A stretch of 64,000 bases of DNA from Chrysomallon squamiferum. Taxonomy: Eukaryota; Animalia; Mollusca. Under the pieces are notes generated by a model. That model worked only from the letters and a program-made list of their open reading frames with translations, was not told the DNA's origin and searched no databases. Positions within the stretch are counted from its first letter, which is position 1, and each line of letters opens with the position of its first letter. This document shows, in pieces, positions 38,601 through 52,400 of the stretch. The translations under genes were made by a program, and so were the position numbers. The stretch spans positions 18,414,001 to 18,478,000 of the forward strand of contig CM022679.1 in the NCBI GenBank assembly GCA_012295275.1, given 5' to 3'.

Positions 38601-40507
38601 GCCGATTTGTTATCTTCACCTGATCGACAAAAGATTTTAATATTTGTGCAGGATAATATAATAAGAGAATTTTGCAAATAAATGTTTACATTTTAATTTG
38701 TATATAAATACATAATTCTTAGCAAAGTTTTTACATTCCTGTTTCCCAGATTGTACTTTGAGTGAAAATTGCACAATTGATTTTCTGGAAGCGTTTTTAA
38801 AACTGAAGCTTTCGAAAAATCGATGGTGTACCTGTACATGAGGAAATACACTAATATTATTTTTAACAATAATTTGCGATACTTACTAGTTCTTTCTGAT
38901 ATCTAGCATGTACTAACATGGTTTGTTGATATTCTGCCTCTTCTATAGTCCAAGCATGAATAGCTGAAATATAACTCTTTTCATAATTTAATTTCGAAAC
39001 CATTATAAAAATAAATCAAAATCGAAAACAACTGTCGTTTATTATTACAGGTTTAGGAATATTACATAAACTTAGTTTTAAACCTAACTGAAGGAGTAAT
39101 TGTTGTTATATATTACTTCTAGAAAAAAAAAACCCACAAAAAAAAAAAACCAAAAAAAAAAACAAAAAACACATAAAAAAAAAACAAAAAAACAATTGAA
39201 GCTGTATTGATATCTGTTATTTAATCATTATAATGTGGTAGATAAAAAAATAAATTATTAAAAAGACACTTCTGGTAGAAACTATGAAACTTTCATATAA
39301 GGAGATTAAAATGTGTTCTACGAAAGAGTATCAAGCTGAAAAATGTATCTGTGCCTAGTTTGCCTAATTCCAAGATGGCTAACCAAACCCATTTTCAGCA
39401 ATATCTTGATTTATACTTTTATGGGACAAAAGTTTGAGATATAGTACACACAGAGTTTGTGAATTCTTAATTTACATAAATGTAATGATTCTGTCTAAAA
39501 CATCAATTGGTAGAAAATACCGAGCATTTATTTACACTAGAAAAGTAGATTTTATATATGAATATATAAACTCACGGTAATCAGCGTTCTCTAAATTGGT
39601 ATCCAAAACAAAAAATTCAGGTTTTGTTTGATCTTCTTTGTACTCGCTCAGAATAGCATGTTTCATGTTGAAAGCTGCTGCCTGTGTGAATAACAAAGAC
39701 ATAAGCAAAAACCACATAAATAATACTGTAATTCTAATGAATGGTGTGCACATTAACATATACTCATTCCAAAATGTTTATATAGGAATATCTTGATAAA
39801 TAACTTTTATAAGAATTTATAGTATGACTGGAGCAATATATTCTGAGGTACATATCAAAATCAAAATTCGGACAAAATGTTTACTACTTCATTGCTATTG
39901 CCAAAAGAAATAAACACGGCGTATTACACATACATACATACATATATACATATATCTGTAATAAGAATGCTATCCAGGCGCTAACTTCAATCACTTCCAT
40001 AGGATTTACGAATTAATTCAATAAAAGGTTCGGAAATATTTTAAAATGTCATATTTTACGGATTTGTTTGAAGGTGGGTTTTTTTGTTGTTGTTGTTTTT
40101 TTTTTTTTTTTTTTTGAAAGGTAATTTTTTTTTTACAGACTTTGAGAAAGGATGTCTTCTAAATAGTGTTTAAAATAGTTTTAAATTGATTTTTGAAATG
40201 TATTTGTTTCTAGAAGTGTATTTTTATTAAATGTTGCAAAATGTACTGTTTTGTTCAAGAAATAATCTTAAATAGATTTAGAAATATACTGTTTTGTTCT
40301 AGAAATGTATTTTTAAACATGTCTGAATGCTTTTGTATATAGTTTTAAAAGGTTTGATGCATGTAAATAAATGTTTTTAAAATATTATAACAAAATAATA
40401 TATATATACAGACAAAGGACCATTAAACATTAATGTAATAAACATTACATTACAATGGTCAATTTTAAGTCAACTCGAATACCTAGAGATAGAATTAGAA
40501 AATTATA

Positions 40508-40550
<43 letters not shown>

Positions 40551-43500
40551 AACACACACACACAAAAATATATATGTATGTATGGTATGGTATGTATGTA
40601 TGTATGTGTGTACGTACGTACGTGTGTATTTAAGAATGAAAGAACTGATGATCCCACTGGTACAGGAAATTCTTTTATTATTATGTATGTCCTTTTACCA
40701 GTTTCCAAAATGAAAGGCCTGCAGTCATATATTGTTATCCAAAGTTTTACAATTGAAAACGAGACTTATTTTGATTCTTATTACGGATATATATATGCAG
40801 TCTTTCATTTTGAAGACTGGTATCAAGACATACATAAATATAAAATAACATCAAATTACCGTATGTGAATATATAATATTAATAAATGATTTATTTTGAC
40901 AGCGTTTAATTTTAAGGATAAAAAAGCTGTAATGTCACTTACATTAGAAGTAGTTACCATGACGGTCATTATGGCCAAGGATGATGTTTTGAGCTGCTCA
41001 AATGAGAAATCCATGTTCATTAACTGTTTTGCCATCTCCAGTCCCTTCACTGAGCCCATGTCCTTTTATTGTCAAAACGAAAATAAAAACATAAATATTA
41101 AAGTTTTACTATATTTGTACAGTGTCTGTATTGGATTTTAAAGGAATTGTCTGTTTTTCCTAGTTTTAAAACAGTTGGAAGCTTAACAAGAAATGGATAA
41201 TATAAGTCTAAAAATGTATTAAATAATTAATAAATTTCAGAAAACCTGGCAGGCTTTTGTACATTCGCTTGAAAACTGAGCATTTGTGGATATACAGGTG
41301 GCCACTTCTTCCATTGCAGAAATGTCAGCTGTTGAGACATTAGAGCACGCTTCTACAGCTTTTTGTCTTATCTACAAATACAGAGAGAAAAAGGAAATAC
41401 ACAAATATATTTAAAGATGGATGGAGAGAAGGGAAAGTCAAACACATTCATAGATATGTTCATAAACAAAATAGTTTTTCTCTCCTTTAATTTTATGTTA
41501 TCTGGAATAACTTCAGATAGGAACTCAAATTTAGCTATAGTATTCACTGAACTCTAGCAGTTGTGAAATTTACAAAACAACAAAAATGAAGTAACCTTAG
41601 CTCTAGCATCAGCCTCTTTCATAGCTTTCTTCTTTAGTTCTTCTTCGAATTCATCCTGTACAGATAATAACGATAAATATTTGAATCTGTGTGTTTGTGT
41701 GTGTGTGTTTGTTTGTGTGTGTGTGTGTGTGTCTATATATATATATATTTAGACACATACACACATGCACATAATTAGATACATTGTTCATCAATGTATA
41801 TTTTAACCTGTCATCTATATTATTTAGAAAAATATATATGTTGTTATTGTTATCTATATATATGCCATTAAGAAAAAATCGTTGAAATTATATTATGTCA
41901 TATTACTAATAGATTTGAATATGACACCCTACCTAACTTTATACAGATAAGATATAAAACGTTATATGATAATGAATCGACCAACTGATGATCCCTCTTT
42001 CCATCTCGCAGCTTTGGCTCTGCGATGTGATATTGTGCTGTGCTAACTGTTTCTTTTCACATTATTAATAAATGAGTGGAATATGCTGTATAGCTTCACA
42101 AATCAGTTGTCTAGAAATATAACAGTCTTTAGTAACTCTATGGAAAATTGTACATCAAGGCAGCGTATATAAAATAAGTTTTGTTAATAAATAAAGTATT
42201 AATAACGACATTAAATTATTTATACTCAGCTATTTAAACAGAATTGTATTTTAATTTATTTTATTTTTTGAAATAATTTTCATCTGGTAGAATGTTATGG
42301 AGGTTTTAAGAATCAATAACAAAAATGTGAATATCACCTCTTCGAAAGCTCCGGAACGTTTTTTGCCATCAATACCTAGTAATGAGGGTTCTGAGTTTGC
42401 ACCAACTAAGATTCCTTTATATTCTGTAATATTAAGAATAAAGTGAAAGAGAGAGAAAAAGAAAAACGAAGAGAATTGTACATGTTATTCAGAATTTTCA
42501 CATTTTGATCTAAGACATATAACGATGTTAAAATACCATTTAATTGCAAGTGCTATTTTTAATTAACTTTTATTTTATTAACACAAGAGAAATATTCTGA
42601 ATGAAAACTTCGTAATGTCTTATTTCAAATTATAATACAATCTCATTCACTAAATCTTTTCACGTTTATCAAAAATATTTGAAACTAATGTAAATACATT
42701 TCATAACAATATGTGAAGAAAAAATAACCAATAATATATAACCTAATATTAATAACCTGAATATCGTATGTTGACAAGATAAAATAATTTAAATATTATC
42801 ATTTTTTTCATGCTGTTTATTTCCATTTATGAAAATCGAACAACATCGTGTGTGACCGTTAGACATTCCTAGTATAAATATGTTTCTACTTGGTGCCATG
42901 GTGAATGTTGGACACAAATCCCCACCAGGACAAAAGCTCCCAGTGGATTTGCAAGGTAGGATAAAAGCACCCCCACCCCCAGATATCTGGGAATTTCCCA
43001 GTTTTGATAAAAGAATATAATTTCCGAAAATAATATTAAAAGCTGACGAAATTTTATCACAGAATCATTTCATAATTTTTAAGGCATACTGTGTAACTCT
43101 TATGATAATTATGTGGATTATTTTTAAAGGTGCTCTGTTATTGAATGTTGACCGAATAACTAATTATATAAATTTCATGTTTTTGATAATTAGGTGTCAG
43201 AGAAAATATTAAAAAATTATAGAATATTTTTTAAGTTTGTTCTACTTTGTTTTCATCTATGGGGGCTTTTGTCCTACCTTGCATTTCTACTGGACGGCTT
43301 TTGTCTGCCAAGCATTTTTGGACTGGGAGGTACTATTGCCCTCGGGGTTTGTGTGCATATCCAGGCTTTAGTATGTATTTTCCTTGCTTAATGAATATTT
43401 ATTTCAAACGATCAGACAAAATACTAAATAATACGAGGGATTTTCTCAATAAAAAGGATTAGAAAACTATTGTGTAAACATGTTAGCTCATTTCCTCCCC

Positions 43501-43864
43501 CAAAAAAATGTTACAAAATTAATCATTAATAATTGTTCAGTATTTATTACCATATAAAATGCATGCATATCATGCTGTAAACGTTTAAATTAGTAACTGA
43601 CAAGATTAGTCCATGCAGATAACTAAAACAAACATGTAACTAATCATGCGATGTAATACAATAAACACATAGAGCACACATTATAACGATCTTACCGGTT
43701 TAACTTCAGTTCCGTTTTATTTAAGAGTCATAACTATAATAATATTGTATAATTATGTTTGTTATCTGTTCATACATATATAACTAAGTATGTATATTTC
43801 CACTAATAGTTTTGTACGTATTTTGAACTATCAGTTTTCTGCGATTAAACGCTAAGATATCGAT

Positions 43865-43902
<38 letters not shown>

Positions 43903-46900
43903 GCTGTCTCCGCTTTCAGTCACACAAAACTGGTATATCAAAAAAAATATATGGGATGGTGAAAAAAATAATAAATAAATTTAAAAAAAACAAAACGCTC
44001 TGGTCTTTAACACTCAGGTGTATAAATTATCTTAGCTCTTTTAGTCTTGGTTTTCATCACATCACATCCAAGATAAGGTACTCTCGGATTCTCGAGTTGG
44101 GATAAGGGCTAAACTGCGACGTGAGAAAGGTTAGCGAGGTGCACGAATAATAAAGGAATTTCATGGAAAGGATGATACATCATCAGTAAGCACAGATTTA
44201 AAAATGAATTTAGGATCCACTGAGAGGAAAATGGAAGGATGAATGGCCACCAGAAGATTGTAATCCGATGGATTATATCCCGTGAACTGAACGAATGAGG
44301 AGGTATTACAAGGTTGAATGGATACGTTCACTGTTTAGATAAGAGGTGTTCAGTGCTTAGTATTTTTTTTATTTTTTTTTTTTTTGAGGGGGGGTCTTTG
44401 TTACTTCTTTCTTTGATTTGGTTTGTTTTCTTATTTGTTTGTTTGTTGTTTTATTTTTTGTTGCTTTTTTTTGGTTTTATATATATATAAGCCATTTTCA
44501 TGTAAATTAACTTCATCATGCAGTTTAAAAAAAAAAAAAAAAAAAAAATCAAAAAACAAACAGGTAATGTAAAAATAAACGTATTCGGAACTAAAAAAAT
44601 GTCCCATGCTGTTAGTGATGACGACAGCAACATGCAAACCTGTTTGAGCAAGCCTACTTTCACTGTTGAGAATGGATGCTAGATCAGAGAAAATCTCGCA
44701 CACAGTTTGCTGGTTTCCTTCTGCTCGTATTCTATCAAGTTGTGACATGGTGTCAGCAATGTCGCGTTCTGTTTCTAGCTTTATTAATGTTCGGTCCATA
44801 GGCTCCACCTGGCAGAATGAAGACGCAAATGTTTCAGATTATAGGACTTAGTCGACAATAGCTCAAAAACTACATTTTAAGTTAAAAATCGCCGTCGCTT
44901 TATAAGCTTACAAATCTGGTATTTATATCATGCATAAATTAACAAAATATTGTTGGAACATAGCCATATATTATTGAAAATGAAAAATTATAACATGTTA
45001 ACATAATTATCCATATGACCGATTGTCTGAACTGGATGTATAAAGTATAAAAGTATAGATGTGTAGGAACACAGCCATTACTAACGTAGAAATAGTTTAG
45101 TAGTATTATCTGTAGTTATATGCCTATAAAATTACAATGAACTAATATGTGTGTAATCATCATTTCAGAAAGGTTGATCTGACTTGAATGGGTTTACTCA
45201 ACAGAAAAGATTTACATAATTATAATTAGTCTCGTTGGAATTTTAATATTCTACCTTGACTGTTGCTATCAACTTGGTTGTAACTGCTTCTAAAGAATCA
45301 ATGACTTTCACGTAGACATCCTGGTTGTAGCCGTCGTACCATGCTCCGAGAGGCAGATCTACCTGAAAAGAGCCGGGTTTGTTCATCTTTGTCAATTGGA
45401 ACTCCATGTAATTGTCTTTGTGCTTGGCTGAAAATAGGAAATAATATGTGTATTATAATTTATTTTTAGATTATACATTCATTCATTCAATTATTTAATT
45501 ATGTATGTTAAAATGAACTATATTTAATTGTGAATAAAATATAGATTTAATTAAAGATTAATTTGCATAACACGAAGAATTAGGCTAATTACATTCCATA
45601 CAATTCCAAATTGTGTTTTACTTTTCTTTCTTTTTCGATTTTCTTTTTCTTTTTTTTCGTTTCTTTTTTTCTTTTTCTTTTTTTTATTTGACCCGTCCGA
45701 GCTGGATTGATACTGAAGAATCATGACAAAAGAGTACAGTTTAAGAAATATCTCTAGCTGTTACTTTATCGCGTACAGCACCACACATATATATTCAAAA
45801 GATTCTTCAGTGTACAGACAATTGCTCACCGGAAAACTTCTGACAGCACAATACCTCACCAGTAAAGTGAGATACAGGACATTTGCTGATTTTTATTTTA
45901 GGATATGGTATGTTTCTGTAAATGGTTGGGTGAGAGTGGTGATAAATAAATAAAAGAATAAATAAATAAATAAAGGTAAAATAACAAAATTAATTCTAAA
46001 TCAGCTATATTTTAAATAATTCAGCACAAGTTCAGCACAAATCATTATTATGAGAGATATTTCGCAGGAAATCTCCCAATCCCCTGGATCCATCAGCGAA
46101 ATCCTGACATAAACTGTGCAGTCTGCTTTGCATCTGCTGAGTGGTCTTTTGCCCTCTTCCTGTGTGGTTCACTTCGCTGATGTTGAAGAATCAGGCTGGA
46201 AACCAGCGTCTGATCTTTGCCTCCATACAGAAGTGTGCCGATGGCCAACCAGCCTCTGGAATCCTACATTCCATGATTCACAGATGTTAGTGTTTTATAC
46301 TTCATGCAGGTTTTGCTTTGGTGGTCAGTGATTTCTCCTTCAAGGATGAGCGCACCTTGGCCAAATCAGCAATTGCCTTGTCAGGATCAGGATCATGTAC
46401 ATCAGTGGTAACTGCACCTTCACAGCCAGAGGACCGTTATTCCTTCAACACAAAGTTTGCTGTGACCTCGCTCTGTCATAATGATCTCCATAATTGGTAA
46501 TAAACATCAATGTCATAGGAGACAAAACCTAATGACTTTATGGTATTTCTAAAAACAACACATAATTTTAAAACTCTGCTCTATCTAAAACAACGATACT
46601 TTTCGAGAGTTATATTTAAAATATAATAAAAAGTAACTAGTTAGAAAGAAAAAAATCCCACATAATCCTAAAACTAAAACCTAAACCTACACGTTTGAGA
46701 AGTTATAATAAAATATATATATATATATATATACCTTTGATGTTCATAATTACAGTCAGAAGTAACTGTCTCCTTAAAGAAACAATTATAGAAACTCAAA
46801 AATTTAAATTAAGTGAACTGTCTGATTAACACATCTTGTCCCTTTATAAATTCTTATTTATGTTTTTTTTTCATTAACAAAAATGTCCCTAAAGGTGAGA

Positions 46901-47413
46901 AATTGTCCTATTTCTCATTTCAGTGGTGAGCAACTGTCCTGTGAGGTATTGTCCCGTGATTAATTGCCTTGTGTCCGTTTTTTCAAGAGTAAGAAAAAAA
47001 CAAATAATAATAATAATACGTGTACTTAATGACAATTACTAAGCCTTTTTAGCAATAATAGCAATGGTATTGGAAGTTGTAGTACTAGTAGAAGTAGTAG
47101 CAGTAATTAACAGTAACCATAATAAAAAAAGTTCCTTACTGTAATACTTGTATTCGACAATGTTTTGTTCATCTTGCCAGCCGCTACATGTGATAGTGAA
47201 TGGTTTGTCTTGTCCCCAGGAGACGGTTCCAACTAAAGGTGTTATCGAACAACTCCCTTCCTTGGGAGGTTCATTCAGTTTTATCTGGGCGTATGCCTTC
47301 CCTGCCACAGTACCTCCAGCCTTGGTGATGTCACACTCAAACACGTAGTGTTTTACCTCAGGCTGAATGTTGAATAGATCAGGTTGAATCGATATTTCTT
47401 TTGATTTTGTGCC

Positions 47414-47455
<42 letters not shown>

Positions 47456-49417
47456 CATAATAAGTTCGTTTCAGTATGCTGAATTGAAATGTCACAGTGA
47501 AAAATAAACTATGATAATAAAGATTTATAAGATAATATAACAGAGAAAAACGAACTATTTTTATATAACAGTAATGTCACATATAATAATAAGTTTTTAA
47601 AAAGCAATATTAATATCCATTCTTGATTAAAGAAAGAAAGAAACAAACAAACAAACAAACAAACAAATAAAAAGCATTTGCATTTTTTCATGGATTAGCA
47701 AATAATTTTTTTAAAAGTATCTCACAGCGCATATGTGTTAAAAATACCATTATTTTCAAACGATGACACATTTAAAGAAAATGTGATTTAATTTCACAGT
47801 AATGATGAAACATTAATCAACTTATTTAGACATCGAATGAATTCAGGTTCTACAGATATTGTGATAGTTTCGTTCCCTTCGTTTTCTCTATATTATTTTG
47901 ATTATAATATTAATTGTTCCGTAATGTTTTCAAAGTAGTGCGTGAGATTTGTAAATATAGATATTGTCACAAATGTTACAAATGTCACATTAGTATACGT
48001 CAAATAGATAGATTTCTTTTGCAAAAACAGTAGATATGTCACCAATGCAACCAACAATTAAAAGCAGAATATTAATTTTGATAAAGCATCGCCGCAGAAT
48101 TTGTGCAACGCGCTAGCATTTGTGGCATCTCATTGCTGAAATCGAATACTAATTAAAAACAACAAATATATAAATAAATAAATGATGATGATGATGATGA
48201 AAATAATGATGAGATCAATTTTTATAATAGTGTTAATGTTTATTTTCTGTCTTTAACTTAACTCATTACCATCTATTTTGATATATAAAATTATATAAAT
48301 ACTTTTATTAGTTAAATATGATTAAAATGTTTTTAAAAGTATTTTATACACTGGTTCAATGAAAATAATTATGTTTCAACGAAATTTACTTGTAATAATT
48401 AATTACATTTTTATTTTTGAATTATTTTAAATTATTTTTTTATTTTATATTTTTATAAATGTTTTTGAATTTTTTTATTTATTTATTTATTTGTTTTCTA
48501 ATATGCTACACTCTAAAAACTACCATCAAAATATTACTAAATCTAGAAAATAAGATAAAACATTTACATGCAAAGGTAATTTGTATCTAATATTAATCTA
48601 ACGATATATTTATTATAATAATTATATATTTATTTGAAGACGATGTGAAAGTTTATAAGTTGTGATACTTACTTGAAATAAATCTAACAGTGAACAGAAA
48701 AACTGTTTAATATATAGATTATATAGAATATATAAATATTATAAATAATCTTGAGATATATAGCAAAAGAGTAGCTTTTTATTGCAAGAGCAAATACATA
48801 GCATAGAAAGTAATAATATAAAAAAGAAAAAATGTTTTTATAAATATTTATTTTGTTATTTCCTATATGAAATAGACAGAGAATGAATAAATATGACAGA
48901 AAAGATAGAATAACTGTGAATTATGAAAAATGTATCAAAAGGACATCACAAAAAAGTAAGGTTAGATATTCATATTCGTAATTTACAAATGCAATGCTAA
49001 ATTTTATTTGCATGTTTGCATGCAAAAATAAGCATTTAAGAGATGTAGATCTCACACAGACAGTACAGTAAATAATAGTTAACAACGATAGAGGAGTTGG
49101 TTTTCCCGATTTAGGAAAACAGCATGGCAGGACGTGGATATAAATAATGTAGATTTATTTATTAATGAATATTATTGTGATATTCACATTTACAAATTAA
49201 ATTAAACCTTTTACTGATGGGGATGCACTATCATATAAATTGTGGGGGAAAAAAATGTTCTAATAATAAAAACTCCAATGTTTATTGAACTTTTTTTTTC
49301 TTTCTTTGTCATTGTTTAATGAACATGCATCGATACAGTTCACTCAAGGCCATAAAGTTTTGTGATGTCCTATTTAGCTAGAGGAAGAAAGCGCTAAATA
49401 TGAGCAAAGTAACCTAG

Positions 49418-49479
<62 letters not shown>

Positions 49480-52400
49480 GACGCTAGCTGGTATCTTACC
49501 AAAGTTCCCTGCAAGGCGCATGACAATCATGTCAGAAAGGCAGACCCGCGCAAGCCGCATGGTCAAAACAAGTTTTAATATTAATGATTGTTCGTGTTAG
49601 TGAGGCAACTGTTTGTCACATGGAGCTGATAATGTATGCTTAAAATATTAAATGTTTTAGACTTTATGACTGAAAGACCTACACATCCATAGAATATATT
49701 AGTAAATAAAATTACAATATTACGTTTCTTTGGCTTTGTTTCATTTTGAGACTAAAAGTCGGGGAATTTCAGCTTTTAAATTAGAGAAAGAATATAGATA
49801 TATAAAATGAGTAAACCCCAAATTTCTTTACAAGTGACCGAATTTGAATATCTGTGAAAAAAAAATATTTACAACTGAATGAATAACGTTCAAGATTTGG
49901 TTGCCTCACTAACAATTTCTAAAATAAAATATGTGATGTTATCCCACATAATTTAGCAAATGAATCCACACTTCTACTCACTCCACGTCAAATGTTCTGA
50001 AGTGTTAAGTCATTGTTTAATTATATAAAATGCATGCACTTTAATAAACATTCATTTAACGTATATAATGATAACCATTTCATCATAAAAGTAACTTTTA
50101 TTCATTTTTTTATTATATTTTATGTTAATAACAAATAATAATCAAGAATTATTTTATTTCAATTAATTAATTACTAGTTATTAATCCAGCTTTTTAAATA
50201 ATTATTGACAGTTATAGAATACTTCTCACTAACTTATCAATATTCATGCCGAAACATTACCTATAACGTATGTATCAAAGTCTCGTTTTATGAATGGTTT
50301 CCATGGCCACTGCCAGACGTAGTCATAGGCGTAGGCAGTCCATTGGTATTCGAGGACGTCGGAAGGGCTGCAGTCTTCACATACACATTTTAGTCCGAGT
50401 CGTGCTGTGGAAGGTACTATTAATTCTTCGCCAGCGAAGAAACACCTGGAACTTCCAGCGCATCTGAAGTGAATATGTTAGTTTAATTCCCATCCGAAAA
50501 CATCTCTTAATATTAAAATTCCATCAGAAAAAACATCCCTTTTAATATTACTGTCTCAGTACTAAACAATCCCAGGACTGAAACATATATCTTTCAGTGT
50601 TAAACCTAAGTATGTTATGATGAATTATAGTGTATTTAAAACAACGTTTGATATTAATATATTAATACTAAAGTGTGTGTATATATGTATGTATAAATGG
50701 ATGTGGTATATGGATGTTTTGAGTGTATAATAATCGTGGTTTTCTTATTATTATGGATGCAGGCAGGTAGGTTGACAAGTAGTTAGGTAGGTAAGGAAGT
50801 TGGAATACAAATATATATATTTAAGTAATTTAATATAATTTTATTACTGAAAACAGTTTATTAGAGTATTATGTATAATTTATTTAACTCCCGCCAGTAT
50901 CAGAGACTATTTGTTCCTTCCGAATGTTCGATTCCCCCTGGAACGAATATTCGAGAATATTTGTTTCCCCAACTCTGTGATTATTTTGACATGTAGTTCT
51001 GTGTTGTATTTGTGGTAACAGTTGTATACAGTGTGTGTGTGTGTGTTGAAACTTACTAAACATCACTGCAAATAGATATTCACAAAAACACATTTAAAGT
51101 TGTAGATAGATGGAGAATTAACTGGGGGATACATCTGTTTGGGTACTTGATCACTACTTCCATCTTGAAAACAGGGATATCATTATTATTTTTGAATGAA
51201 GAAAACATTAATCCCTAAATCCATTTATCATTGATAATTATTTTATTATCTGTAGTTGTATTGTAGGTCTATATACTCCATATCTTTGAAAGAAATTGCA
51301 TTGTGCGTCAATCTTTTAATTAAAGTGCTTCAGTAATAACACAGCCTGTAAATGTTTTATCAAAATGTTTGGACCGGAGTTACATGTTTGAAGCTGAAGT
51401 GTCAAAGTAAGTTCACTGATGAAACCCTTCATTTTGATGTACACCGATAATTATGATGAGGAGGATTAATTAGATAAGCAGCCAGGTTTATACTGCCGTT
51501 AAGTATTCTCATCTTCTTAAACAACAAGATATACATGTCATGGTAAGATTTTTGTTTCACTTATGTTCAGAATCATATGACTTTGGCACTAAATAGCAGT
51601 TCAAACATTTACTTTGTGCTGCTGAGCTTAAGATTTCAAAGATAACTTTTAAAGTAAAATGCACATACAGAAATATAAATTCGTGTCTAACTTCTACTTC
51701 AGGGAGACTTTGTGAAAATTCTGAAAAATTCCCCAAGATTTATAAGAACCTTGACAAATTAAAATCCCTCCAGTGTACAAATTGAACCATGGCATAATAT
51801 CACACTAATGAAATAGTATGCAGTAATCTCCCTTCAAGTAATGAAATAAATGGACTTGTTTACTCCTTTGATATTCAAACTGATCTCACTACACTCATCA
51901 AACACATTTGATGCAGAAGTGCATAACTTAATTTTTTATGTTTACAAAACTGTGGATGATTTGATTATTAGTTTGATTTCAACAACAGACACCAGGAGGA
52001 TGACGTGTATTTTAAATTTTAGCAGATAATGGAACATATTGGTCCAAAATTTCAAGATTGTAACTTGATAGTGTCTGAGAAAAACTCCATGCAAAAATTA
52101 CGTTTTTCCCAATATTCTTTATTATGTTTTCATGCAACCCAGACATTCTGTTTTTCCTAGAGTTATTTATTTATTCAAAGTGTGAGGACCAGATATTAGC
52201 TCAGTAATATCATGAAAAAAAATCAATAAAATGTGTGTTAATCTTTACAGTGTAATTTGTTCATATGCAAATAGTAAATAGTAAAGATCAACTGAAATAA
52301 AGCAATTCTTGTGCTTAAATAATTAAGCAAAAAAAAAAAAACGTTATAGAGAACTAGTATAGTTTCTAACATAAAGCTTGGAGTCCAAATATTAGTACCC

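Noticed and set aside
51100-52100. Possible decayed transposon in a gene A intron
   Set aside because: Slightly higher complexity, but I found no recognisable peptide motif or terminal repeats.
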